NCBI GenBank assembly: GCA_026914245.1
Contig: CP110439.1
Location: 1,550,001-1,614,000, forward strand
Direction: 5' to 3'
From: Puccinia triticina
Taxonomy: Eukaryota
DNA: 64,000 nt
The notes below the pieces were generated by a model that saw nothing but the letters and a program-made list of their open reading frames with translations, made no database searches and was not told the DNA's origin. How positions within the stretch are numbered: the first letter of the stretch is position 1; each line of letters opens with the position of its first letter. Of this stretch, positions 24,944-38,652 are shown piece after piece. A program made the position numbers and the translations under genes.

Positions 24944-27900
24944 ATGATGGTTTCAACTGTGGAGCATTCAAAGAATGCCTCACACCTGGCAAAGCTGCCA
25001 GAAAGTTTGTGGCCAGGCAATAGTCAAACAGCAGTCAAGGGCGCAGAACGTCGAGTGGATCGTCAAATTAACCGATCCTCAATGGTCGAGCCGATAGTCG
25101 ATATTGAACCTGAAGATTTTGAGGCAGAACGTCAGCACAATGGGTTGAACGCAGGAACTCACCTGCATGACATTGAAATGGAGCCCATCGTTGTCGATTA
25201 TCAGGATGATCGGTCAAGTGCAAGTGAGAGCGGCAGCGAGCACGAAAATCTGAACATGCAAGAGGTCATCAACATTTTCCAGCCCGAGAGTCAGTTGGAT
25301 GAGGGGAGCGAGGGAGAGGGAGAGGGTGAAGACGATGACATCAAGCCAGAAACAGAAGATGAAGGCAAAGGGTGGTACCCCTTTGCGAGTTTGGCGGTGA
25401 GCACTGCCCAAGTCCGGCAAACCCGGCCTTCATATTTGGGGTCTGGGAAACTGATGGGGGGTTTATTTCACTCTCTGCTGCGCAGCAAATGGTCTCAATT
25501 CTTCTGACCGGTTTTATGCACACCATGCTGTCACGCACACAATTTGACCAGGTCTGTGGCCTTGTTGAACTCTGTGGAACAGAGCTCCGGTGTTGGACTT
25601 CTGTTTGACGGGCTAAGGCCAGGCTCAGGGATATGCTCAACATGCAACCCAAAAGGAGAGAAAGTGTATTTAAGAATTAAAGCTATTCCCTCAGTGTACA
25701 AAGGGTTATTGGCCTAGTGAGTGTCAACGCTGCATTATTTTGTTTCATGGTAATTTATTGGCCATAAAGTTGCCAAACGAATGGCGGAAGAAGTCTGGCA
25801 ATAGAATTATTAGGCATGTTCCAATTGCCCTGTATTGTGATGATACCTCAGGAAACCAATCAAAAAAGTGGAATAAGCACATCAGTTATTATTTTACCCT
25901 AGCAGGTCTTCCTCCCAAGTTATCAAATCAGCAGTATAACTGTCATTTCCTCTCAACATCTAACACAGCTGGGCCTTTGGAATTGGCGGATCAAATAGTA
26001 GATGAACTGAAGTGAGATTTCTTTATTATATTAAAATATACACATTCATTAATAACTACATTGGCTGAATCATTAACCCATTCCTCCAGTGATATGACTC
26101 AAAACGGATGTGTTGCATATGACTGCCTATTGAAACAAGAGGTGCTTGTAACTACTGTGGTGCTTTGTTTCCTAGGAGAATCACCCATGCATGCAGAGAT
26201 TACCAACACACCTCTTCCTGGCGCATCTTTGAACCCTTGCCGTATATGCCATTTGGGGGTGGAAAAAAGGAGTGATAAATCAGGAGAAGATTACATTTGT
26301 CAGTTTTTGGGAATGGACTCATTGGGAAACAGGGTATGTAGCTGCCTGCCATCAGCGGCATACATAACCTATATTATTTACTGAAACATATGGTTTACTT
26401 TATGAAGAATGCGGTGGATTATAGAGATTGGAATGAGACTATTGATCGCTCTCACAACCTATGGGAAACAGCTGTGACAAGTTCCAAAGATGCATATAGA
26501 ACTGAATCCAAATCTTTAGGATTCCAAGATGTGATCAATAAGGCTTTTGTGGATATACTGAAGGATAGGAACCGGACAGATGAAGTTGAAAAGATAATGG
26601 CAATTGCTGAGCATCAAAACCACAAACTATTCAACCCCTTCCTACATTTGCTGGGTGAGAATTAGATTATACATCTCATTCATCAGTAATGGGTTTAAGG
26701 CTAACTTTATTTATGTATCAGGGTTTGATGGATGCCATGATACCCCCGTGGAGATTTTGCATGTCATACTCTTGGGGATCATCAAATATATTGCCATTGA
26801 TTTTCTCAGCAACACTATCAAGCCCCGTCACGTCAATGATCTCCTGGGCGCATGGCAGTCATTTATCACTGATGCACTTGACCTCCCAGTCATAAATGCG
26901 GCATACTTGTATAAACATCACAAAAGCATGGTAGGAAAAGACTTCAAGATTATACTTCAATGTGCACCTTTTGTTTTCTTCCAGTTTATGGATGAACAAC
27001 AGAGAGAATTATGGCGTGCACTGTGCAGGATGTCCCCCTATGTGTTCCAAACACATATTTCTGACATGGATGCTTACCTGAAGGAATTGGAGATATTGGT
27101 AGATAAATTATTATTACAGCTCATGAACTGCAATGCAAGATGGGTCAACAAACCAAAGTTCCATATGTTGACACTGCCAGCATATTTGGCTGGGTTGAAG
27201 TCATCCCAGTTTAACTGGGATGCACTCAAGCAATTTAAACTTGGTTGATCTCAACCAATTTAATATAAGCCCAAGGGGGGTACCTTGGATTTATATTTCA
27301 TCAGTTGAGATTGCCCAAGTTTAAATTGGTTGAGTGCATCCCAGTTTAACTGGGATAACCTCAACCCAGCCAATTATGCTGGCAGTGTGATACACCTGGT
27401 ACACTTGATTGCACGCTTTGGTCCAGCTAGCCTTTTTGCAACTGAAAAGTTTGAGAGCTTTAACAGCATACTCAGAAATGCCTCAATCCACTCCAATAGA
27501 TAGCATCCTGGAAGAGACTTGGCAATATCATTTAGCAATTTCCTATGTCTGAGAGCCATTTTGTCTGGTGCTTTTCTCTGGGATCACATCAAGGGATTTT
27601 ATTTTCAAGCTTCCACCCAATTGAAAAGGATATTTGACATGCAATTTATCCAACGATCCATGGGCTATCTTCAATCAAGTATTCAAGGGTCAGGAAAACA
27701 GTTCCCAGAATTTACTAAAGCCAAACTTCCTGACTCAGATAAAGTATCCGTGCCCAAGGAAGTTAGTGATAAATATCCCAACCATGAGTTCACACAAAAA
27801 TGCTGCATGGAATTGGATGATAAAAGAAGTGTACGTAAAGGCTATTTTGTATTTGTGGACAAGAAAGAAGATAGGCCATTCATAGGACAAATTCATTCAC

Positions 27901-28728
27901 TCTGGAAAGTCACCTCAAGAAATGGGTGGATTGGTCCCAAAAAGACCAGATACTGCATGCAAGTTAACCAGTATGAAACATCAAATGTGTCAGATTACTA
28001 CCAAATGAGGATCGTTAAGAGGACCAATAAAAACCATGTCTGTTCACCTGAGGTATGTCAATTTCATGAGCAGTATCAAATCATTTCAAAGATCAATGAT
28101 AAAATCTAAACATCACATCTAAATAATTTTACAGGATATACTGGAGTGTCTCAATGTGCAGCACAACTGTAATGAAGGTGGATGTCAAGTTAAAATGAGT
28201 TCCCGGCGTGTGAATGATACACACAAGGGCAATCCTGCAAGATACATGGTGGACCACACCTCAACTGACTCCTTCATCCTGAACACATGCTCATTTCATG
28301 CATCAGAGATGCACAGAACACTGGCGCATTTGCCACTTGAACCAGTGCCTGGAAGAGAATTTGCACTAGCCATTAGAAGAGGGCTTGAAAAATGGAAGTC
28401 TGAAAAAAATCTACCAGACAAAGAGGAAGACAGATTTTTCCGTCAACACCAGCATGTTGACTCAAGAAGGAACTCTGTTCAACCTCAAAATAATCAGAGG
28501 GGAAGAAGCAATTCACTGCAATCTATCCAACCTTTTCCGGTTCAACCCCAAACTCCTCACCGGAGCAGAAGCAATTCTGTACAATCAGTTCTGCAACCCC
28601 CGAACCTATTGAACCAGATAAATCCAGACCGGCACCTTAATGTTCTCTACAATATGCCAAGGTGTAGCCAAGCTTTAGATATTCAACCAACTAGACTTTT
28701 AGGGCGGCTGCGCCGCCGCTTGTCTTAG
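24944..28728 (+). pseudogene. CACTA/EnSpm-related transposase of the basidiomycete type, with introns, stops and a MITE insertion
   Basis: Motifs LYCDDTSGNQSKKWNKH, DTPVEILHVILLGIIKY, NKPKFHML(IHL) and RFGPASLFATEKFESFN; stops at ~25606, ~25678 and 27501. Confidence 0.8.
27172..27387. mobile_element. 216-bp palindromic MITE in the transposase
   Basis: CACTGCCAGCATA...TATGCTGGCAGTG with 3-bp TSD TGA; removing it restores HMLIHLV. Confidence 0.9.
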
Positions 28729-29049
28729 AATATGAGGAACTCAAGGCCTTGAAAATATGATGACCTCTAGAACTAAATTTCTCATGACCATGCTCTTTGT
28801 GCCTCAAGATCTGTTGTCTCACAAGGAAAAAGTCACAGAACAGGGAGACAGTATATTGCGGGATAGACAAGGAAGGCAGGGGAAGGGCGGAGGGTTTGAC
28901 GCTTTATAGTTGAAGGCCAACTTTCAGCATAGCTACATGATCATCATCATCAACCCACCATAAAGGAAGATCAGAGAGAGACAGAAGGAGAGAAAATTCA
29001 ATGCCAAGTAGAAATAAGGGGGAGAGGCCGAAGAATAAAAAAGGGACAA

Positions 29050-30770
29050 ACCAGCTGAGATATTGCTTTCCTTGAATTTAGCGAGTCCCTCACCCTCACC
29101 ATTCAGGATGATTTCCTTCCTCACATGTATATATTTCAGTTGGTTCCTGAAATGTTTGAGGACGGATTCAGGTGTATGAACTCCTTCAAATAATCCAGAG
29201 TTAATTGTTGAGGGGTTTGGGATTAGAACCCCATCCGCGCCTTGGATCGAGTCTAAGTTGGAGGTGATCAGCTCAACTAATGAGTTCAAGTGCTTCGTTG
29301 ATACCTATGCGTCTTATAATAAGCCATGCATTCTACTGTCAGCTTGCCAAAATACTTTACACTAAACATGAAACTCGCTTCGTTATGCCTTTCGAAATAA
29401 TAAATGTACTGGTCCAATGTGTCACAGTAGAGCTGGATGCTAGTGAGTTCATCGATACTGCTAGTCGTGATCCTGAGGGATTTCTGGAGACATTCGAGGA
29501 CCCTTTTACCGTCTCTCAAGAGTTCCTTATCGGGGCCGGCGTCGGACTCCGGGGCGAGTTTCTCGGTCTGCCACCAGAGTCGATGGCTGGCAAGGGCCAC
29601 GGCGGTAGCTTGGTGCCTCCTCTTGAGGAGCTTGGCCCCATGCAAGGCTGCCTTGGTGATCAAGGTGTCATAGTGATCGGGCCCGAAGACCCGGGAGGCT
29701 TGCAGGGTGCCGATAATCAGGACGATCGCTTGAAGCTGGGCCCGACTCTCTGAGATTGATTGCTCGTAGATTGTGAACGCCTGCACTACGAACTCGTAAG
29801 CCAGCTCTTCCAGCCCTGCCGCATCGGCTGCTTGGAGCGCTTGTAAACATAGCCGTAGACAGATTTCCGAGGATTCCACACGATTGTAGAGCACTGATAA
29901 CACCTGGTGTATCCACTTAAATAGCGCCGTGGTTTTCGTGTCCCAATCTGCTTTATGATGTTGTCGATAGTTGTATCGTTGGGCTAACTTCAGTGTACAA
30001 ATTGCTAGGGAGTGATATGTCCATCATATTCGGTCTCCTCCCTCGCTGAACGCTTTCCTGGCTTCTTGACGAAGCTACCAAAAGTCTAAGATTTTTTGCC
30101 TCAGTTTCCCGCAGGACGATAACAAAAAAAAACCGCGAGAGGGACTCCTCAACTGGGCATGCACATCCAAGTCATCATTGTGTGATAGGTGAACCATTCG
30201 GGCCAGCCAGCCCTGCTCTTCAGCCATTTCTTCAGGGTCATAGGTTTGTTGACCTCTACATCCCATAGGCTGACAATATCCCATTTGAGTAGGCATTCCT
30301 ACCCCAGCGTCTCTCTGATCACGAACAGGTACATAGCACGGCGAGTCTCCTCAGGCGATTTGTTCTCAGCCTCAAGAGCTGCATAGGCGGCCAATCGATT
30401 GATCAATGCGATCACGATCTGTTTGATTTTCACCTTGGGGTGGAGCTGTGCGGTGGCTGATAGGAAGGGGCCTAGCGTCCGCAGATGAAAATCGTCTGTG
30501 AATACCTAGGAAACAACCAACGTCTATCAGTCGAGAATCTGAATCCGCGAAGTACAGTGCCCCTCGCCCTGACCTGGATAACAACCTCCATCAGATACTC
30601 CTGAGCAATAGTATCTTTACAATTAACTACCTGTTCCAACACGGCCGGGAGAATCATTCACTGATACATATCGAGATTGACCCGTCTAGCTGACTCAGTC
30701 TGACAAGGTTCGTGCCAACTAAGATCCTGAGTTCCTTGCGTTCCATCTCCCTCTTCTCTCGATCCCTGCT
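29050..30770 (-). pseudogene. VPS35: Vps35 (retromer subunit) gene fragments
   Basis: [78 protein letters not shown] and RDGKRVLECLQKSLRI. The N-terminus and middle are missing, and a stop and frame breaks are present. Confidence 0.88.
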
Positions 30771-30944
30771 CACAGATTGAGCGGGTGGGGGTGAAGCTGT
30801 AGGCGGGGGTGAAGCTGTAGGCCCTCGGGTTTGCCCAACTGGGGCTGGCATGGCGGAAGTTTTTGTTGCCGTCACACCGGGTGTTCCTATGCCGGAAGAA
30901 ATGGAACCTTACGCCACGGACCTTGTTGCGGATACCTGTCCTAA

Positions 30945-32045
30945 CTTAGCTAATTCCCTCCTCGGGGGAGCGAAGCGACCTCCGAAGGAGGGACTTACGC
31001 GCTATGTCGACCCCGCGGCAGTAGAGAATTAGGCATTTTGGTGGGGACTTTTTTAAAACCAATCTCCCACATGAGTTTCTGAACCTTTTTTTTTATAATT
31101 TACATTTCTGGGATGGCTTAAGCTGTCCCCTTCTTTCTACTATTTTTTCTCATCCTCAACTCCTCTGGTTGAGCTGCAATCATAGTTGTAACATTATCAA
31201 TTTCAGATTCTGTACAGTGCAAAATGTGGAATGCACGATGAAGTGGACACTTGTCAGTCACAAAAAAGGACTTCATGGGGCACCCAAGGCCCCAAAAATT
31301 TTGTAAAATATGTACAAAGAAACTCCATGATGTTGTGCACATTTTTCTCCCCCAAAGTTTTATTGCCTGGTGACAAATGGCGCGTCCAGAGAGGATTGAA
31401 AAAGATCATTTTTCTAATTCTCTACTGCCACGGGGTCGACATAGTGCATAAGTCCCTCCTTTGGAGGGTCCCTGCGGGACGGCGTCCCCCCTCCAATAGA
31501 GGGACTTAGTTAAGTTAGGACTTACGCGCTATGTGGACCCCGCGGCCTGAGAGAATTATGACTTTTGGTGGGGACTTTTTTAGAATCACTCTCCCTCATG
31601 AGCCTCTGCACCATTTTTGAAATTGTTTACATTTCTGGGATGGCCCAAGCTGTCCCTATCTTTCTACTATTTTTTCCCATCCTCAACACCTCTTTTTGAG
31701 CTGTAATCAGAGTTGTAACATCATGAATTCCAGATTCTGTACAGTGCAACATGTGTGATACGGGATATAGCCAGCTAGATGAAGTTGCAAAAAAAGACAT
31801 TTGAATGTCATTACATATCCCTAAAAATAGGACAATAGGTGGAAAGATTCTCCTTGATGTTCTGCATCTTTTGTTCCCCTACAACTCAATCACACAATAT
31901 GATGTGATGAAGCTACACAGGATTGAAAAAGGCCAAGTTCCTGATTCTCTCAGGCCGCAGGGTCCACTTAGTGTATAAGTCCCTCCTTCGGAGGGTCCCT
32001 GCGGGACGGCGTCCCCCCTCCACAAAGAGAGGGACCTAGTTAAGT
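30945..32045. mobile_element. Two tandem copies (~530-570 bp each) of a TIR-bounded MITE
   Basis: GGACTTACGCGCTATGTCGACCCC... (30991) is inverted at ~31414-31455; a diverged second unit starts at ~31518. Confidence 0.7.
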
Positions 32046-32527
32046 TAGATACCTGTCAGTGTGAGAAGAAGTTGACGGTGTTAACCTGAATTCGTCCGAA
32101 ACAGTTGTGTGAGCACCTGTAATGTGCTCCAGGTGAGGTATGGGGCTGAAACATCGCGGCTGGAACGGGCGAAATTTGAATTGACTTACGGAGAGAGTGT
32201 ACGATTTCAGACGAATCGGGCATAGAAAGACGGTTAGGATGAAGCAAGGTGTGTTTTGGCGTCCCCCAAATATTGAGTTGGGGGAAGGGTCGCGGGTATA
32301 AATAGAGGGCGCCATGCCTGGGTGAATCCATCCCTCACGCTCCCCTAGGCACTTTAAAGCCACGGGGGAGTGTCAATGGCAACGGGGGTTTAGGGTACTG
32401 GTTAGCGGGATTTGCGCCAGCCCTGCAAAAACTGAAAACTCAGGTTTTTTGTTCAAATTGGAGGGGGAAACCCTTGAACCAAAAACCCATGAGTTATAGG
32501 TTTTATTAAACTTAGATGTATGCACCA

Positions 32528-32930
32528 AACCCAACAAGTGGATTATATGGACCGCCAGCTGGTAGCACCACAGGAGATTCATTGTACCGGTCTTCATCAA
32601 GAGGTTCAACAGGCCCAGGCCAACCAATGTATGAAACACAAAGTTATGGTCCCAACCCAATGAGTTATGGACCTCCAAGTGGATTATATGGACCGCCAGC
32701 TGGTAGCACCACAGGAAATTCACTGTACCAGTCTTCATCCAGAGGTTCTCATTGTACCGGTCTTCATCAAGAGGTTCAACAGGCCTAGGCCAACCAATGT
32801 ATGAAACACAAAGTTATGGTCCCAACCCAATGAGTTATGGACCTCCAAGTGCATTATATGGACCACCAGCTGGTAGCACCACAGGAAATTCACTCTACCG
32901 GTCTTCATCCAGAGGTTCAACAGGTCCAGG
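32528..32930. repeat. Three-copy tandem repeat (~140-170 bp units), translatable as SGLYGPPAGSTTG
   Basis: Repeated CAAGTGGATTATATGGACCGCCAGCTGGTAGCACCACAGGA. Confidence 0.85.
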
Positions 32931-32960
32931 CCATCATGGAACAACCTCATTTAATTCTTT

Positions 32961-33967
32961 CACTACAAACATTTATTATTTTGCCCAAAAAAAAAAAAAA
33001 AAGTCAACATGAAAAAAATAAAACCAAAATTTCACTCAGGGTAACAAAGTGAGCATGCTGAGCCAAAAAAATAAAATGTCCCAAACTGAGCAAAAATCAT
33101 TGGACAATGTTTTGGGATGGTTTTTTTTCACGGGCCTGGCGGGCCTGGAGCGGGCTTGAGCGGGCCTGGAGCGGGCTTGAGCGGGCCTTGAGCGGGCCTG
33201 AGACGGGCCTGCCCCAAAAGCACATTAGGTCAGTATTAAAGGTGTTTTGCCTTGCCCTGGGAGCTGCTGGGTCTTTTGATGGGCCCAAAATCTCAACATG
33301 GGCTTTTGGTGGTCTAGAAGTATCAACCCGGGCCACTGAATAGCCCATGAGCCTTTGAATTCCCAAAAAGCCCACCATGATCCCCCACATAGCTATTGGG
33401 ATCTTGGTTGCCCATGGAGATCCCTATGGGCCAACAGATACTTCCATCATGGGATCCCATGGGCTTTTTGCCTCCTTTCTGGGCCACAAAAAGCCCATGG
33501 GGAGCGTTTTGGACCACCAAAAGCCCATGAGGATATTTGTTGGCCCATGGAGATCTTCATGGGCCACCAAAAGCCCATGAGGGTATCTGTTGGCACATGG
33601 AGATCTTCATGGGCTACCAAGAGCCCATTAGCTATGTGGGGGCTCATGGTGGGCTTTCTGGGAATTCAAAGGCCCATGGGCTATTCAGTGGCCCGAGTTG
33701 ATACTTCTAGACCACCAAAAGCCCATGTTGAGATTTTGGGCCCATCAAAAGCCCCAGAAGCTCCCAGGGCAAGGCAAAACTCCTTTAATACTGACCCAAT
33801 GTGCTTTTGGGGTAGGCCCGTCTCAGGCCCGCTCAAGGCCCGCTCAAGCCCGCTCCAGGCCCGCCAGGCCCGTGAAAAAAATTGTTCCCCTGAGTGAAAT
33901 TCTGGTTTCATTTTTTTCATGTTGACTTTTATTTCTTTTTTGGGCAAAATAATAAATGTTTGTAGTG
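32961..33967. mobile_element. 1.0-kb foldback CACTA MITE
   Basis: CACTACAAAC...GTTTGTAGTG termini, TTT TSD and arms palindromic over ~400 bp. Confidence 0.88.
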
Positions 33968-34437
33968 TTTGTATGATACCAGGTCAAGTGCCGCCCCCCC
34001 AGCAAATCATCCCAGCTCATCCAGAAGATGATGGTCAAAATGATTACCTATGGGGAATCATTGTAGGAAAATCTTATTGTTGGGTTTAACATACATGTTT
34101 TTGTCTGTCATTTGGAGCAGATGAAAGTTTCAATCTGATTTTTCATTGCAATAAAATCAATCTCCTGTTTTATAATGTATTTGTAGATAAAAAAAATCCA
34201 CCAAATCAACCAAAAAAAAAGATATTTCTGGGATTAGGGCATATGCATTTTTCATTTGTTTGTTTTGGGTATACAGGATAAGTTTTTGTGACATGTTTTA
34301 AGATTTTGGCCTTGGTTTGGGTTAGTTGTCTTGGTTTTGTCATTGATTTGGGGCAGAAGGCAAAAAGATTGTGATGCAGGCGGTAAAATTCATACAGAGA
34401 TAAACACAACAGTCCAATAAGAAAACAAGTTCACAAA

Positions 34438-35431
34438 TCAGAGGAGTTCAAGCTGTGAAACAGCGGAGGCTACACCAGAAACAATCAATTGAGCGGGGCC
34501 AACTTTAAATCCAGCTTCCACAAGGTCATCCTTGGTCAAGCCTTTGAAGGCTGACCAGTGGTAGAAGAGGTTCTTCTTGATGACTGACAGTGTGTGTTTG
34601 TCATCTGGTCTGAGATGTGCAATCAGAAAAAATTCCTTCATGGTTAGATTGAAATCAGCCTGGTGGAGGCATTGCCGCTTTGCCGGTGGAATTTCTTGTG
34701 GAGTTATGTATCCAACCAGGAGAGAACCTTCCTGAGCAGGTGCCAGAGAGCCTTCTTCAGCAGGTGCCGTCAAGAATGCATTGCGTAAGATCTTGGTACT
34801 GTTGTCGGCATCGGAATCGTTTTCCGATTCTGGTGACGCAAAGTCCTCGTCTTCCATCGGACGCGGTGGAGTGCCCGGATCCAAACTATGCCAATGAGAA
34901 CTTTCGTCCAGCGGCATTTCCGACTCCGACTGGGTTGTGCCAAGGCTGGGGGAGCGCTGAAACAAGGGCTCACATGAGGGAGGATGCGAGCTGACTGAGA
35001 GAGGAGATTACTCACTGGAGGCCCGTTCAATTGATCCATATACGCGCAGGACCACCTGATCCGCACCCCGCCCTGGTGGCACCCCGCATGTTGAACAAAA
35101 TGCGGCGAAAGGCGGCGTAGCCACTCGGAAACGAATACATAGTGATCCCAGATGGTTTGATGATTTGGCCAACCCACTCGAGTCGGTGAAGGGCATCCTC
35201 ATTGTTGAGAATGCCTCCAAGCTTGAAATCGTCCCGGAGCAAATCAAGGTGGAGGAGAACTTTTGCCTTGAACCAAACCAAGCTGCATGATTCCTTTGCA
35301 ACAAGCATGAAAGCCAAAGGGTCCTGGGGCCACTCAGCGGGAATCTTCTCCGGGGCAGCGAGCCGTAAGAATTTGTCACAGAGGAATAGATCATACTTGA
35401 TCTCGAGTCTGGTTTGGTTGGATTGGGCCAT
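34438..35431 (-). CDS. Hypothetical transposon-borne gene (probably two exons)
   Basis: ORFs 35027-35431 and 34438-34965 separated by a GTGAGT..CAG gap; fragments recur at ~36830. Confidence 0.45.
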
Positions 35432-36871
35432 GGTGGGTGTTGAGGATGGAGGAGGGGCAATGGACGGGCAAGGGCACTGGAGAGCAAATAATAAAGTGCA
35501 TGGAAAGCAGGCAGTGTGGGAGTCGCATGTTCAGATGTTTCTTCAACGCAAGCGTCAACGATGGGAGTTTGAAGGGTTTTCCCAAGGTGGTGAAGGAGGG
35601 TGAGGTGAATCGAGTGGATGGCTGACCTTTGTCGCTGGTGTGCTGGCCGTTAACCTTTCTCGCCGGTGTGCTGGCCGTTGATGGGACCGGCTGTTGTCAG
35701 GTCAAGCGGGTGCGTCGGCAAACCAACCCCAGGCAAGTTATGTTAAACTTGCCTGAAGTCGAGTGCCGGCGGGTGCGCCGTTAATTCACACGTCATTTTG
35801 ACGGTTGACGGGAGACCCGCTAGTGAGCGGTCAATCTCACCGGCCAGTCGTCTCTGACAGCAGTTTTGACGGGCAAAACCTTAATCCGCGCAACTGCCGT
35901 GTAGACATGATTGAAGGTCACCAAGTCCACGAAAAGTACAGGAGAAGATTCTTTTAAAAGCTTTTGAGACCGGCTGAGAGCAGCTTGATAATTTTCCCAG
36001 ATTGGCTACAATTGGAGACTACTCGCTACAGGAAATTCCCCAAGGCGGAGGGGCTCATGACCAAAATGAATATCCCAAGGAGGCAAGGCGGCACAAGCAC
36101 GTATGCACTTCAAGTGAGTCCCACTCCCGACTGTCCAAACGGCGCCCAGGAGGGACTTGGCTACACAGCGGTTCCACATTGCCGCCAATCCGGCCAAAGT
36201 TCGGCCGTCAATTTGACGGTTCCCCCCCAGCCAGCTTTGACCGTTCGCATGCCGGCCTCCCGCCAACCGTCAAGCGGACCGACAAATTTGCCAGCACGCC
36301 CGGCGATGCGCAAATGGACAACACACTGGCAAAAGAAAGGGCGGGTTGACCCATCCGGCAATCTGCCGTCGAACCCGAGCCCCTCGTTTGACCACGGTTC
36401 AACATCAAACCGCCGGCACTTTGCTCGGCAATTACTCCCCCCAGCCCCAAAACGGGTCATTCCAGCCTTGATTGCTGCTCATTGCTGCTGACCAGGCTCT
36501 CTGTGCTTGTTTCAGCACATTGGTACATTTTTTTTTGTTCTTTGATTGGGTTTTTTTGGAGAACAAACTACTGTTAGAGATGAGAGAAATGGAATAGGGA
36601 AGAGAGGTGGAAGGAGTTATGCCGGAGAGTAGGAAAAGGGGAAAAAGATTAGCTGGTGCTATTGCTGGGTGCGGAGTTGCCGTGAATGAGGGGAGCGTAA
36701 CATACTCTTGCTGATTGGGTTCCGGGACTCGGGTGTGGATGGTCTCAGTGGCAGATGGGCTGGGAATTGCTAGCTTCTGGTCAGCCAGGTTGGGCGGGTA
36801 GGGGGCACAGGGCGAGTCTCCCCATCATTTAATTGATCCATATACGCGTAGGACCACCTGATCCATCGTGG

Positions 36872-37385
36872 CAACACTGGGTCGCTACGCTAACCATAGC
36901 AGTTAGCGTAGCGTAGCGCAGCGCAAATGCGCTATTTTTTAGCGTAGCGTTAGCGCAATTGCACGCATATGCGCTAACGCTACGCGCACGCGGTGCGCAG
37001 CTATTTTAGCTGATAGCGTAGCGTTAGCGCAGATGCGCGCAGCTATTTTAGCTGATAGCGTAGCGTTAGCGCAGATGCGCGCAATTGCGCTAACGCTACA
37101 CATGCAGGGCGCAAAAGAGCGCGCGCTACGCTGCGCTACAGCGCCTTTAGCGGGAAAAAAGGGCCCTTTAGCGGGAAAAAAGGGCTTTTTTTCCGCTAAA
37201 AGCGCTGTAGCGCAGCGCAGCGTAGCGTAGCGACTGTAGCGGCGCGCTGACGCTAACAAAGAATAGGCGCGCTGTTAGCGCAGCGTAGCGGCGCTAACAG
37301 CGTGCTAACGCTATGCAAAATAGATGGGCGCTTTTTGCCGCTACGCTAACGCGTAGCGCTGAAATAGCGTAGCGACCCAGTGTTA
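36872..37385. mobile_element. TAGCG-rich MITE
   Basis: 20-bp TIR AACACTGGGTCGCTACGCTA flanked by the direct repeat ATCGTGG. Confidence 0.8.
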
Positions 37386-37488
37386 ATCGTGGGTGTTGAG
37401 GAAGAGCGATAGTTGGGGGAACAAGGCTCGGAAGTAGCCGAGCAAGGTGCGGAGCTCGATGGATGGAGGATGTGATGTGGAGGTCAAG

Positions 37489-38223
37489 CTTAACTAAGCC
37501 TCTCCAAGGAGGTGCAAAGCGTCTCCGAAGGAGGGGCTTATGTGTAAAGTCGGACCCCCGGGCTGAGGACATCCAAATTTTGGCAGGGAAATGCTAAAAA
37601 ATAAACTCAACACCCAATTAAAAATAAACCACGAGTCCTTCTCAAATGCCTTGAGGGGAAGTTGTAGCTACCCATCTTGGGCATCTCCTGCTTTTTATTT
37701 GGGAAAATTTGGCCATAAATAAGCTGCTCAGCAGCTTTTTTGGCAAGGGCACTCACAGGTTTGGTAAAGCAAAGTTCAATGACTTCGGATTCTGTTTTTC
37801 TCGGATCACGGAAAGTCTCATGGTTTTTAAAGTATCAATTTACAATTTTAATAGAAAATTTGAAATTACTCTCCAGCTTGTATGCCTTATGCCGTGTATG
37901 CAATAAGGACCGGATCTATCCGAGAACTTATCTGGGCCTGCATTGGGTGGATTGCTCCAATGTCCAATACTTATCCATTCCCCTAGCTTCCTAATGCTAT
38001 GGAAACCTTGAGCTTTGAGGGCCGTACATATACCAAAAAATCACAAGCTTTTCAATGGTCTGAGAGGCGTGACCAGAATCAGAGTGCTTGTGGGTGATTT
38101 GGGGGTTGTAATGTGTTCCTCAGCCAAATGGCTGGTTGCCCTCACGCAAAATTTGGGACATAATATTCAAGGCCCTCCTTCGGAGGCGCTTCACGCCTCC
38201 TCGGAGGGGACTTGTGTTAAGCT
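37489..38223. mobile_element. MITE with ends related to the 30945-32045 family
   Basis: ...CTCCGAAGGAGGG (~37523) is inverted at ~38173; ends read GCTTAAC / GTTAAGC. Confidence 0.6.
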
Positions 38224-38652
38224 AGTGTGGAGGTGGGTGTGCTGTGGATGGGGTGTGGGCCGGGTGGCGGTGATCCGATGAGCGGACTTAGAAAAAATGA
38301 GGCAGGCGAGGGCCGAGGGTGACGTGTCCCTCTGATGGGCGGACTTTGTCTTGGCCCCCTCTGCCCTTTTTTTTGGGTTAGCCTGGAGGCCAGCACAAGT
38401 GCGTTTGTCGGCAAACCGACCCCAGGCAAGTTATGTTAAACTTGCCTGAAGTCAAGTGCCGGCTGTTTGGCTGTTAATTCGGCTGGCAGTTTGATGGCTG
38501 ACGGGAGGCTGACAGGTGGGCGGTCAATCAGGCGGGTCTTTTGTCTTTGACAGCAGTTTTGACGGGCAAAACCTTAATCCGCGCAACTGCCGTGTAAGGT
38601 TGCACTCTGCCCCACTTTATGCACCTTTATTGAAGTTTAAGTCACTTTGTAT

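Larger units (their letters stand above)
11096..35901 (+). mobile_element. Large CACTA/EnSpm-like (CMC) DNA transposon with nested insertions
   Basis: 13-bp TIR CACGGCAGTTGCG / CGCAACTGCCGTG, each flanked by TA; perfect 20-bp subterminal inverted repeat (11186-11205 / 35798-35817); internal transposase. Confidence 0.75.
36164..38594 (+). mobile_element. Internally deleted non-autonomous relative of the 11096-35901 transposon
   Basis: The left end is homologous to 11096-11450 and the right end to ~35715-35901, with the same TIR plus TA. It retains a piece matching 35027-35062. Confidence 0.8.

Noticed and set aside
33097..33947. ORFs in the palindromic region (also 36939-37572)
   Set aside because: By-products of MITE foldback sequence.
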